From: Nemertoderma westbladi
Lineage: Eukaryota > Animalia > Xenacoelomorpha
NCBI GenBank assembly: GCA_032718475.1
Contig: JAUCBJ010001293.1
Coordinates: 3,432 to 67,431, forward strand
Direction of reading: 5' to 3'
Length of the DNA stretch: 64,000 nucleotides
Shown: in pieces, positions 53,001 to 64,000 of the stretch
Layout of the letters: every line of letters starts with the position of its first letter
How positions within the stretch are numbered: the first letter of the stretch is position 1
The notes under the pieces: generated by a model
Told to the model about the DNA's origin: nothing
The model's database searches: none
Seen by the model: the letters and a program-made list of their open reading frames with translations, nothing else
Position numbers and translations under genes: made by a program

Positions 53001-55271
53001 CAACAAGGTCCTGGAGATAATCCCTCCAATAGGTTAGCATTCGACGCTCGCGTCGCCGCCGAATTGAACCTTGCTCTGACCACTGCACTTCAAATAGCTG
53101 TTCAACAATAGTGGCGTCAAGTTCACACTTTGAATAAACGAAAACTTCCTTAAAGATATCTCTATGATAATTTTAATAATTCTAATATTATTTAGAACTC
53201 CGAGAGTCTTTAATCCTTCCTTGAATCTAGAAAGGTGAATTACTATTGTAATACATTAACTTAACAATGTACCAAACTTGTAATTGCCTTTCCGTCGTCA
53301 TAGTAACGATCATTATTGTTGATAATTATAGTTAATAAAAAAATTAATTAATTAAATAAATATTGTAAATTCAACAACTTTAATAAAACATGGCTCAATA
53401 GAAAGGAGTGAAGGAAATTAAGAAAGTTATAAAGATTGATTAAGTTACATAAATTTTAGATAATTGTAATTATTCAGCAATTAATCCATATAATTAGTGG
53501 CAGTTTTTAAATATAGGAAAAATTACTGTTCTAGTGGCCGGCGAATGCGATCGAAGCAAATAAACTTGTTAAGACTGGAGACAAGTGTATCTATATGGGT
53601 GAATTTTGTTGTCAAATTGTAGCAACCAGACATTCCAATAATCTTCTGGGCCTTATTGACTGCTTCGCGAAAGTTATCATCAGCTTCCGACACAGCTATC
53701 TAAAGAAACAGTACAAATAATTAATAAATAGCGGCCCGGATTTATAATGAATTAATGCCCTAGAATGGCCTTATAACTATTATGGTGGACCGGTCCGTTA
53801 TAACAGTATATTTATACAGTAGTTATAGGCCGCCATAATAGTCTATAGTTATAGGCCTATATGTTATTGATACAAATAGCATTGATTTGAGATCGCCAAT
53901 CGTAGTCATTGATATGTTACAAATTAAACATAATTTGAGAATCCAGCTCTTGGGAAACCAGTAATTCGTAGGTAAACGGTGAAAAGAATAAGGGAACTGG
54001 GCCACGATGGGCTATCATATATGCAATCATGCGGCCAAAAATGAAATATTTGTTGTTAATTACACCTGCAAAATAATAAAAAAATAGACACTAACAAATT
54101 GGTCTAAATATTTAATTACTTTAATAGAATCCTATATAAATAAAAATAATTAAGTAATAAAATAAAATAATTAAGTAATAAATAATTACTAACTGTTATA
54201 ATCAAGAGCAAAGCATTTAGCAGTATCTGGTCCTTCAAAAGTAGGTGCTCTGGAAATAGCCTGCATGGCAAGTCGCATGAACTCCCTACGAGGACCCCCT
54301 GCATCCTTTCCGTCCTCGTCACTAAACTTTACATCCAAAGATAAACATGGATTGAAGGTACTTCGAGTAAACCCCCGCATTACTCCATCCATAACATCTT
54401 CTCTATCGACGTTGATGATGTTTCTTCCCTCCTCGTTAAGCTGTTCTAACAAACTAATTAAAATCTTTGACAATGAAATTGATCGTTGACGTCAAAGTTA
54501 CTTTCAGCTGCCGTATCCCTAGAGATGAGAGAGGAAAGCGGATCTTCGGAGATGACAGTAGGCCGATCTTCCGAGGCCTAGAATCTAACAGAGGGCTGAA
54601 CTTCCAAGATGACAGAAGGATGATCTTCAGAGATGGATGAAGGATGATCTTCGGAGATGGATGACGGATGATCTTCGGAGATGGATGAAGGATGATCTTC
54701 GGAGATGGATGACGGATGATCTTCGGAGATGGATGAAGGATGATCTTCAGAGATGGATGAAGGATGATCTGCAGAGATGGATGAAGGATGATCTTCCGTG
54801 ATAGCGGAATGTGGATCTGGATAGGTTGAAAAGATTTCAGCAGGTGGATCGGCCGAGGAAACATCTAATTTTAATTTCGAACCAATATATAATCGAAGTA
54901 AGCCAACCAAGCTCCAACCTCGAGCAAGATTTATCATAAGTATTACCATTCATATTAACATCCTGATCTCGGATTCGTTTTGAACCTTTAGCTATTCCCA
55001 GCCTATTTCGTATCCGTTCCAATACAGTATTTCCATTAGAGTCGGCGTTCGATTCAGAGGTTGGTTTAGGATTATTAGAACTACTGGCACCGTTCATCTG
55101 CCTACAAAATGCCTTTACAGAAACTCGGTCGCCGTATGCTGGTAAGTAAAGTTTCAGTTCAACGTCATTTAGTAGTAATATAACTTCTGGGCTTATCTTG
55201 TCGGTTACCATCCGAGGAATGAACTCGCCCAAGCTTCGTTCTCTCATGAATGTTTCAAGTTCGTTATTCAT
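53001..55271 (-). pseudogene. Transposon cargo gene: N-terminal SAM-like domain, acidic EDHPSSIS repeats, G2E3-like HECT domain (N-lobe) in spliced exons; disrupted
   Basis: Exons 55271-54194 (frameshifted; ...VKFSDEDGKDAGGPRREFMRLAM..TFEG), 54065-53878 (YFIFGRMIAYMIAHRGPVPLFFSPFTYELL, one in-frame stop), 53699-53527 (..DRIRRPLEQ), 53226-53001 (FKEGLKTLGVL..FEVQWSEQGSIRR..WRDYLQD). Intron phases 1/0/2 are consistent; one donor reads AT instead of GT. Confidence 0.85.
54600..54800 (-). repeat. 24-bp coding tandem repeat (EDHPSSIS) x~7-8 inside the cargo gene
   Basis: gatgatcttcggagatggatgaag repeats on the + strand. Confidence 0.9.
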
Positions 55272-56196
55272 TATTCACACTTAAGTCAGTATACCTGCAG
55301 CCGTTAAGAGAAATGCGAAATATATAATAGGCTTATACTGAACAGAAACGTAAGAACCACTTATATACAACTTTAATTCCCCTCCAATTTAGTTCTCCTA
55401 TGTTACTACAACCAATCAAACAACTCAAAATTTGTAATATTAACGTAAATGGTCGTTGGAGCTATCATGAGGGCTCGTGTTAGCTAACACGAGGGCTCGT
55501 GTTAGTAGCACGAGGGCTCGTGTTAGTAACACGAGGGCTCGTGTTAGCTAACACGAGGGCTCGTGTTCGAAAAATATTTTTCTCATGTCCCTTCCCGGGC
55601 TCCGTAGTCTTGCATTTTTTGAAGAAAAAATTTGTTTTTTGGCTATTCTTGATACGAAAAAAAATTTTCGAGTGGAACATTAAATTTATATAGAACAAAT
55701 TAATTTTTTAGAAATGTTGAAAAATGGCATAATGTTAAAACGAAACCTTCTTATATACAACTGTAATTTAAAGTTACATAACTTGATGGTAGGTGGCGCT
55801 ACAGTATATCAAACGAAACCCCAATAAGTATAGATAGAATACGATACAGCAGGCCACTATTATTCAAAGTGCTTTGAGTTGGAATTATATGTCCACTTAA
55901 ATAACATGTATCGAATTCGATACATACGGTGGTAGAGGGTTAAGGGAGCCGGCGGGATAAAACAATAAACTTTAGGATTATTAATAAATTTTACTAAATT
56001 TTCAATTATCAATTAAATTTCCGCTAAAACAGCACCCCACTTGGAAATTTGTGTACCTACCAACTACCACAGGTACTGACTGCTTATTTGTACTATACTC
56101 TTCACTGGAAGGCTTATGAGTAGGCCCCTATCGTACATTAGTTTAATTTTTGATAAGTATTCAACGAAACTGTTCATAGTTTTGCGTAACTGTTAT

Positions 56197-56310
56197 TTCA
56201 AGCAAGCAAGCAAGCAAACAGTCGGCCGAAGCCGGAGGCGACCCGAAGGCTCCTCTTTCGATAGCTGCTACCCGAGGGTAGGGGTGGTCGCTACTCCTAT
56301 CCCAAGACTG
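56197..56310 (-). mobile_element. 3' end of a SINE/LINE-type retroelement with (TTGC)n tail
   Basis: (caag)4 followed by gccggaggcgacccgaaggctcctctttcgatagctgctacccgagg. A related motif lies at ~46020-46048. Confidence 0.45.
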
Positions 56311-56505
56311 TTATTTAGTGTGGGGGGTTTTGGTGGGACTACGCCATGGCCCCTTGGCTTGCACTAGGCAGTCAGCTGAGAGTCAGACTAGAAATACGGA
56401 TGAAAATGTTGCTGCTACCTCTGGTAGTCAGACTAGAAATAGAACGTTCGAGAATACGACAACTTCTAGCGATCTGAAGGTAGTCTGACTACCTATCTAG
56501 TGATC

Positions 56506-56809
56506 TAGTTTATATGGAGGGTTGCAAAAAGTCGCAAAAGTTTATATAGAGAATAGGTGGGGCCGACATCCATTACCAATTTGACATCTGAGTAAATGGT
56601 GATCGGAAGGGATGGTCGGTCATGGTCAGGGGCCGTATTTTCAGTTCTAGTGCGAAGACTACTGTAGAACTGAAAATACGGCCCCTGACCATGACCGACC
56701 ATCCTTTGCGATCACCATTTACTCAGATGTCAAATTGGTAATGGATGTCTCTGCCCCACCTATTCTCTATATAAACTTTTGCGACTTTTTGCAACCCTCC
56801 ATATAAACT
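56506..56809. mobile_element. ~304-bp near-perfect hairpin MITE (arms ~144 bp, ~15-nt loop)
   Basis: tagtttatatggagggttgcaaaaagtcgc...ttcagttcta / tagaactgaa...gcgactttttgcaaccctccatataaacta with very few mismatches. Confidence 0.9.
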
Positions 56810-56929
56810 AATGTGAATGGCTGTGTATAATCAGACCGCCAGCGACTTACGCTCAGTTCACTTTTGATCGCCTTTATACGTACCGTTTTATGGTACATGA
56901 CCCAAGTGAAAGAAGTAGGCAGAATAAAG

Positions 56930-57500
56930 GTCATAATGGCGAGCCACAAAGTTAGAGGTGCCTTAGCAAACTGACTGTATTAGAGTGAGTCAATTTTTGC
57001 AAATAGTTGTCGTCGTCGTTGTAACGAGTTCAACATGCCGAAAACCTCGTACGATTTAAACTCACTTAAAGGGGGGGGGGGGGGGGGGGCTGCTTCGGCT
57101 ACGGATGGCGAAGGAAGTTTCTGTTCTCACAAACAAACCCAAACAAACCCATTTATTCCTTTATTTTTGGTAACCGCAATCGGTCTTCAGCCCTGCCGCT
57201 GCAGTCTGCCGATAGAGGGCGAAATGTATATGAGAATGAAAACCTTCTCTCGTTTCCTTGATTTTGATCCGTTTTAAGCTTAATCTTGGCATATGTACTA
57301 GATCACTGGCTGAGTCTTTCTGGGGGAGCTAATCCGTCTGCAGTTCTCCAATCTTCCATTAATTGCCGAAATACTTGAAATGAAAAAAATGTATGAGTTC
57401 TTAAACCGTCTGCAGTTGCACAGTCTGCCGCTAGAGGGTAAAAGTAATGTGGAAAAATCTGCTTACATTGCATAAAGCTCCATACCATTTTTAGGCAACC
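56930..57500 (-). mobile_element. Helentron/DINE-like element related to 49960-51297, inverted and diverged
   Basis: ggcgagccacaaagttagaggtgccttagc, gcaaatagttgtcgtcgtcgt, cagtctgccgatagagggcgaaatgt and cagtctgccgctagaggg are reverse complements of motifs in 49960-51297. Confidence 0.7.
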
Positions 57501-57549
57501 ACCAGAAGTCTGGGAAATCCAGCCAAGTATCTACCTGTTGACTTACATA

Positions 57550-58020
57550 GGAGTACACTCAGAATCACTAGAGGGAGCCTAGTTAGAACAGGCTGCTTCT
57601 AGTGTTGGTCTTTTTGTTTACTCCAAGAAGTCCGAAATTTTGACAGTTAACTTTGAAAGTCCTCAAGAAATGCCTGATCGTATGAGCATACTATAAGCTC
57701 GAAGGATTGTTTGCTTGAGCATATTGACGACTTCTGTTACCTGGAATCATGGATCCGGAAGTCAGGTGAGGACCTTCGAATACGTAAGGGAATGTCATGG
57801 GCACCATTTAATGGGTTTTCCCGCATTTGGAAGTCATCGAGAATTAATCGGAAACTTAAGGTCTGATTATTTAGAGCAGCAGTAGTTCCAGTACTCCTCT
57901 ATGCGAGGCCATGTTGGGCTCTAACTGCTGAGGACACCAAATCTCTGGATGGCACATTCACAAGAATGCTACGTCGGGTTCACTGTGTCAAGTACAATGC
58001 ACACATCTCCAACCAGACAC
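57550..58020 (+). pseudogene. RTE-like LINE RT C-terminal fragment (same family as 11833-12320)
   Basis: High nucleotide similarity to the reverse complement of 11833-12300, e.g. ggatccggaagtcaggtgaggaccttcgaatacgtaaggga. Confidence 0.9.
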
Positions 58021-58277
58021 TACTGTATTATTTTATTTTATTGCTTTGCTGACCAATTTAAATTTATAACTCAGATACCAACGTAAATAATTTCTAGAAA
58101 GGTTTTTTAGACAATAAGGCACTTAAGACCGGTTTACACGTGACATATTTTTCGATAATTTGTTCAGCAACTTAATTTTGAACAACTTAGGGTACAGTCA
58201 TAGGCGTACAAGGTGGGGGGAGGGGGGCTGCAGCCCCCCCCCCCCCCCCCCCCCCCCCTGTGAACCAAAAGTGGGGG

Positions 58278-58384
58278 CGAAAAATCCGACGAGGGAGAAT
58301 GACATTCTCCCTCGTCGGATTTTTCGATCGATTCGTCGGATTGATTATATTTTTCGCCACATTGTGGCGAAAAATATAATCAAT
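58278..58384. repeat. Two adjacent perfect palindromes (49 bp, 58278-58326; 45 bp, 58340-58384), each with a 1-nt centre
   Basis: Arms of 24 and 22 bp checked base by base. They follow a hAT-MITE-like start (cagtcataggcgtac...ggggggctgcagcccccc) at ~58195. Confidence 0.95.
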
Positions 58385-58768
58385 GGAGAAGAAGGGGAGA
58401 ATGAGAGAGTGGAAAATAAAATCAACATCCAAAGTATAAATAATAATTGACCACATTTCTAATTTGTTTTATTACTTTATTATTTATTTTATTATTATAG
58501 ATTTGTATCAATTTGTAGTAATTGTACTTTTCGAACGTTCCGTACAGCGTTCCTTCTGTATTTCTCATAGTACATGTTCCGATTGCTTAGTACGTTTTGC
58601 CTATGTAACTTTCTTTGAATGTGTTGTTGTATAATCTTTCAAATTAAATATTAAATTTGTATTTTATTATTTAATTCCTTAAGTCTATTAGCCTCATTTA
58701 TCCGTCTATGTCTAGGCGGGTTTATATAAACCCCACCATCCATTCCAATTTATTAGTCAACATGTATT

Positions 58769-58985
58769 GCATAACGTCGCATAAGATTCAGCGCTTCAAC
58801 TGCTTTCAAAATAGTGTTTGGCGGCGCGGGTTCGAATCCAACTAAATGCTGTAGAAATTTTGCTTCTAATTGTTCTGTCCCAAGCATTTGGACATTAGTG
58901 CCTACGCAAACCCATCCCTTATAGGTAACAGCCAAGAGATAGGATCCTGTGGGTTATTTCGTGTTTCACACTTTTATTTTATTTA
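58769..58985 (+). mobile_element. tRNA-derived SINE (degenerate tRNA head, AT-rich tail)
   Basis: B-box GGTTCGAATCC at ~58830, gcat...atgc acceptor-like ends, no intact cloverleaf, ttttattttattt tail. Confidence 0.55.
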
Positions 58986-59489
58986 ATTAGTCATATATTG
59001 CCTTGCCCCATACAGTTATTCTGCTGTCTACTGTACAGCATGACTACACGAAGTAGCTACTTCAACTATTTATTAATATTGATTCCACACTTTCTTGTAG
59101 CGGTACGCCAAAGTCACCATCCGTGGATTATGTAACGGCTGGCACATTTTTTTGTAGGAAAGTAAGTCAGTCTAGTTACTTTATTTCATAAACACCAATT
59201 ATTTATTCATATAAACTGCATCCTTTATTAACATTGCGCTACTTTGCATCCACTATGATGTAATAACCGTTACTAAAGGCCGGTACGTGGCAACTTTCTC
59301 AACAACTTTATGAAAAACTCAGGTTGTCGAACAAAAAAGTTGCCACGTGTGCACTTGCTTTAATGCACATTATTACTTTATGTAAATGTATACTGTATTT
59401 AGGTAGTGTTTATTTACGTAGTTAAATTCAATCACAGAGAAGTTTGCATTTTCCTTCGTGAAGAGTAAATCGTTTACTGTAACTCTACA

Positions 59490-59609
59490 ATGTTAAAGGC
59501 AATGTCGTCTCTACTCCTGTTAACGTCTCTAATCCTGGCAGCTCTTTTAGCTGTTGAGTGCCTTGGAGAAAACAATCGGGACTCAGAAGATTTGGTTGAA
59601 AGAGACACT
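59490..59609 (+). CDS. Probable first coding exon of a secreted protein (signal peptide + acidic pro-segment)
   Basis: acaATG; MLKAMSSLLLLTSLILAALLAVECLG-ENNRDSEDLVERDT; consensus donor GTAAGT at 59610 in phase 0. Downstream exons are not identifiable in the window. Confidence 0.6.
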
Positions 59610-60084
59610 GTAAGTTCGTTCTTAAAGCAAAATTGTCATACAATATGTACCGTAGCCACTGAACATAAACTTACTACTGATACTTACGATAGTATTATAA
59701 AAAAAAGAACCAACTTCGCTGAAAATTCTTGATTTGGTAGATGCTGTAGGTCTACAGTACATCAAATTACCATCCATGAACATCCAGTCTTTTGCATTAT
59801 TTACCGCATCATAATGTTCTAAAACCAGTTTTGACTACAACGTCCCTGAGAATTATTGTATTTCATTCGAACCAGCAGTCATATCCAAAGTCTAAATGAT
59901 AGTTTGTATTCAGGTTCTAATTTATATAATTTGTTGTGCAATTTAATACTACGTTTTAGACTTCAACATTATTGTGCGCTATTGCGGAAATTGAAAAAGC
60001 ATTTTTTTCAAGTAGGACTTGATGTATCAGACAGTTATTGTACACGTTTTTATGGCCCGTGAACCCAATGGATCTATATAGTAA

Positions 60085-63000
60085 GTTGTTTGGGTTAGGA
60101 GGTTGGGCGTTGTTTGGGTTAAGAGGTTGGGCGTTGTTTGGGTTAGGAAGTTGGGCGTTGTTTAAGTTAGGGGATTGGGCGTTTTGGGATTAGGAGGTTG
60201 GGAGTTGTTTGGGTTAGGAGGTTGGGCGTTGTTTGGGTTAGGAGGTTGAGCGTTGTTTGGGTTAGGAGGTCGGGTGTTGTTTGGGTTAGGAAGTTGGGCG
60301 TTGTTTGGGTTATGAGGTTGGGCGTTGTTTGGGTTAGGAAGTTGGGCGTTGTTTAAGTTAGGGGATTGGGCGTTTTGGGATTAGGAGGTTGGGAGTTGTT
60401 TGGGTTAGGAGGTTGGGCGTTGTTTGGGTTAGGAGGTTGAGCGTTGTTTGGGTTAGGAGGTTGGGCGTTGTTTGGGTTAGGAAGTTGGGCGTTGTTTAAG
60501 TTAGGGGATTGGGCGTTTTGGGATTAGGAGGTTGGGAGTTGTTTGGGTTAGGAGGTTGGGCGTTGTTTGGGTTAGGAGGTTGGGCGTTGTTTGGGTTTGG
60601 AGGTTGGGCTTTGTTTGGGTTAGGGGATTGGGCGTTTTGGGGTTAGGAGGTTGGGAGTTGTTTGAGTTAGGGGATTGGGCGTTTTGGGGTTAGGAGGTTG
60701 GGCGTTGTTTGGGTTAGGAGGTTGGGCGTTGTTTGGGTTAGGAGGTTGGGCGTTGTTTGAGTTAGGGGATTGGGCATTTTGGGGTTAGGAGGTTAGGAGT
60801 TGTTTGGGTTAGGAGGTGGGCGTTGTTTGGGTTAGGAGGTTGGGCGTTGTTTGGGTTAGGAAGTCCGGAGTTGTTTGGGTTAGGAGGTTGGGCGTTGTTT
60901 GGGTTAGGAGGTTGGGCGTTGTTTGAGTTAGGGGATTGGGCATTTTGGGGTTATGAGGTTGGGAGTTGTTTGGGTTAGGAGGTTGGGCGTTGTTTGGGTT
61001 AGGAGGCTGGGCGTTGTTTGAGTTAGGGGATTGGGCATTTTGGGGTTAGGAGGTTGGGAGTTGTTTGGCTTAGGAGGTTTTGCGTTGTTTGGGTTAGGAG
61101 GTTGGACGTTGTTTGGGTTAGGAGGTTTTGCGTTGTTTGGGTTAGGAGGTTCGGCGTTGTTTGGGTCAGGAGTTTGGACGTTGTTTGGGTTCGACGGTTG
61201 GGCGTTGTTTGGGATTGGAGGTTGGGCGTTGTTTGGGTTAGGAGGTTGGGCGTTGATTGGATTAGGATGTTGGGCGTTGTTTGGGTTAGGAGGTTGAACG
61301 TTGTTAGGGTTAGGAGATTGGGCGTTGTTTGGGTTAGGAGTTTGGGCGTTGTTTGGGTTAGACGGTTGGGCGTTGTTTGGGATCGGAGGTTGGGCGTTGT
61401 TTAGGTTAGGAGGTTGGCGTTGTTTGGATTAGGAGGTTGGGCGTTGTTTGGGTTAGGAGGTTGAACGTTGTTTGGGTTGGGAGGTTGGGCGTTGTTTAGG
61501 TTTGGAGGTTGGGCGTTGTTTGGGTTAGGAGGTTGGGCGTTGTTTGGGTTAGACGGTTGGGCGTTGTTTGGGATCGGAGGTTGGGCGTTGTTTAGGTTAG
61601 GAGGTTGGCGTTGTTTGGATTAGGAGGTTGGGCGTTGTTTGGGTTAGGAGGTTGAACGTTGTTTGGGTTGGGAGGTTTGGCGTTGTTTAGGTTTGGAGGT
61701 TGGGCGTTGTTTGGATTAGGAGGTTGGGCGTTGTTTGGGTTAGGAGGTTGTACGTTGTTTGGCTTAGGAGATTGGGCGTTGTTTGGGTTAGATGGTTGGG
61801 CGTTGTTTGGGATTGGAGGTTGGGCGTTGTTTGGGTTAGGAGGTTGGCGTTGTTTGGATTAGTAGGTTGGGCGTTGTTTGGGTTAGGAGGTTGGGAATTG
61901 TTTGGGTTAGGAGGTTGGGCGTTGTTTGGGTTGGGATGTTGGGCATTGTTTGGGTTAGGAGGTTGGCGTTGCTTGGATTAGGAGGTTGGGCGTTGTTTGG
62001 GTTAGGAGGTTGAACGTTGTTTGGGTTAGATGGTTGGGCGTTGTTTGGGATTGGAGGTTGGGCGTTGTTTGGGTTAGGAGGTTGGCGTTGTTTGGATTAG
62101 GAGGTTGGGCGTTGTTTGGGTTAGGAGGTTGGCAATTGTTTGGGTTAGGAAGTCCGGAGTTGTTTGGGTTAGGAGGTTGGGCGTTGTTTGGGTTAGGAGG
62201 TTGGGCGTTGTTTGAGTTAGGGGATTGGGCATTTTGGGGTTATGAGGTTGGGAGTTGTTTGGGTTAGGAGGTTGGGCGTTGTTTGGGTTAGGAGGCTGGG
62301 CGTTGTTTGAGTTAGGGGATTGGGCATTTTGGGGTTAGGAGGTTGGGAGTTGTTTGGGTTAGGAGGTTGGGCGTTGTTTGGGTTAGGAGGCTGGGCGTTG
62401 TTTGAGTTAGGGGATTGGGCATTTTGGGGTTAGGAGGTTGGGAGTTGTTTGGATTAGGCGGTTGGGCGTTGTTTGGCTTAGGAGGTTTTGCGTTGTTTGG
62501 GTTAGGAGGTTGGACGTTGTTTGGGTTAGGAGGTTTTGCGTTGTTTGGGTTAGGAGGTTCGGCGTTGTTTGGGTCAGGAGTTTGGGCGTTGTTTGGGTTC
62601 GACGGTTGGGCGTTGTTTGGGATTGGTGGTTGGGCGTTGTTTGGGTTAGGAGGTTGGGCGTTGATTGGATTAGGATGTTGGGCGTTGTTTGGGTTAGGAG
62701 GTTGAACGTTGTTAGGGTTAGGAGATTGGGCGTAGTTTGGGTTAGGAGTTTAGGCGTTGTTTGGGTTAGACGGTTGGGCGTTGTTTGGGATCGGAGGTTG
62801 GGCGTTGTTTGGGTTAGGAGGTTGGCGTTGTTTGGATTAGGAGGTTGGGCGTTGTATGGGTTAGGAGGTTGAACGTTGTTTAGGTTGGGAGGTTGGGCGT
62901 TGTTTAGGTTTGGAGGTTGGGCGTTGTTTGGATTATGAGGTTGGGCGTTGTTTGGGTTAGGAGGTTGTACGTTGTTTGGCTTAGGAGATTGGGCGTTGTT

Positions 63001-63810
63001 TGGGTTAGATGGTTGGGCGTTGTTTGGGATTGGAGGTTGGGCGTTGTTATGGTTAGGAGGTTGGCGTTGTTTGGATTAGGTGGTTGGGCGTTGTTTGGGT
63101 TAGGAGGTTGGGAATTGTTTGGGTTAGGAGGTTGGGCGTTGTTTGGGTTAGGAGGTTGGGCGTTGTTTAGGTTTGGAGGTTGGGCGTTGTTTGGGTTAGG
63201 AGGTTGGGCATTGTTTGGGTTAGGAGGTTGGGCGTTGTTTGGGATTGGAGGTTGGGCGTTGTTTGGGTTAGGAGGTTGGCGTTGTTTGGATTAGGAGGTT
63301 GGGCGTTGTTTGGGTTAGGAGGTTGGACGTTGTTTGGGTTAGGAGGTTGGGCATTGTTTGGGTTAGGAGGTTGGGCGTTGTTTGGGATTGGAGGTTGGGC
63401 GTTGTTTGGGTTAGGAGGTTGGCGTTGTTTGGATTAGGAGGTTGGGCGTTGTTTGGGTTAGGAGGTTGGACGTTGTTTGGGTTAGGAGGTTGGGCATTGT
63501 TTGGGTTAGGAGGTTGGGCGTTGTTTGGGTTAGGAGGTTGGGCGTTGTTTAGGTTTGGAGGTTGGGCGTTGTTTGGGTTAGGAGGTTGGGCATTGTTTGG
63601 GTTAGGAGGTTGGGCGTTGTTTGGGATTGGAGGTTGGGCGTTGTTTGGGTTAGGAGGTTGGCGTTGTTTGGATTAGGAGGTTGGGCGTTGTTTGGGTTAG
63701 GAGGTTGGACGTTGTTTGGGTTAGGAGGTTGGGCATTGTTTGGGTTAGGAGGTTGGCGTTGTTTGGATTAGGAGGTTGGGCGTTGTTTGGATTAGGAGGT
63801 TGGGCGTTGT
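60085..63810. repeat. 24-bp G/T-rich satellite (tgggttaggaggttgggcgttgtt)n, ~3.7 kb, ~155 copies
   Basis: Direct periodicity; 23-bp variants; higher-order duplication of 61030-61700 at 62415-63000. Confidence 0.97.
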
Positions 63811-64000
63811 GTTCGCGCTTTCAGACCTTTGGCAGTTTAACCCACCAAATTAAGATGTCTTCTAGATATTAAATCAGTTTTTAGTCTATGACAAGTATTT
63901 GATTCACTACACTAGTCGAAACCAATCCGTGCGCGACCATTCACCCGCTGGATATTCCCGGGAGATTGGGTTCGACGGTTTAATTTTATTGCTATGTAAG

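Larger units (their letters stand above)
49788..55606. mobile_element. IS3EU-like DNA transposon: TAC...GTA termini, 6-bp TSD, ~270-bp TIRs, two convergent genes (DDE transposase, SAM-like/HECT E3 ligase)
   Basis: GTATTG|tacggagcccaggaagggacatgagaaaaatattttt ... aaaaatatttttctcatgtcccttcccgggctccgta|GTCTTG (TSD 5/6). Left TIR = 49788-49959 + 51298-51391; right TIR = 55340-55606. Both contain 21-bp palindromic subterminal repeats (taacacgag-cc-ctcgtgtta). Confidence 0.9.

Noticed and set aside
58769-58850. Functional tRNA gene
   Set aside because: D-arm, anticodon stem and acceptor pairing are poor; treated as a SINE head.
61031-63872. LGGWALFG / VVWVRRLG repeat ORFs
   Set aside because: Translation of the 24-bp satellite with frequent frameshifts.

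Overview
AT-rich, repeat-dense animal (probably invertebrate) genomic DNA. One intact host gene is clear: a single-exon, GC-rich ARHGAP39/Vilse-type RhoGAP (WW-WW-MyTH4-RhoGAP, 20701-23946). There is also a probable signal-peptide first exon at 59490-59609. The most notable object is a 5.8-kb DNA transposon (49788-55606) with TAC...GTA ends, a near-perfect 6-bp TSD and ~270-bp TIRs. It carries an IS3/rve-type DDE transposase (IS3EU-like) and, convergently, an intron-containing SAM-like + G2E3-type HECT ubiquitin-ligase cargo gene; both are disrupted in this copy. The rest is nested non-autonomous DNA elements (Tc1/mariner-, Kolobok-, MULE-, piggyBac- and Helentron-like), RTE-type LINE fragments, SINE remnants and about ten tandem arrays. 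Other signals: paired perfect palindromes resembling hairpin-type excision scars, TA-CTG-TA and TA-GGCC-TA footprints provable by comparing repeat copies, and CTCF-like motif arrays carried by Helentron-like elements. Family names come from motif recognition, not database searches. Nearly all other ORFs in the track are repeat or antisense artefacts.
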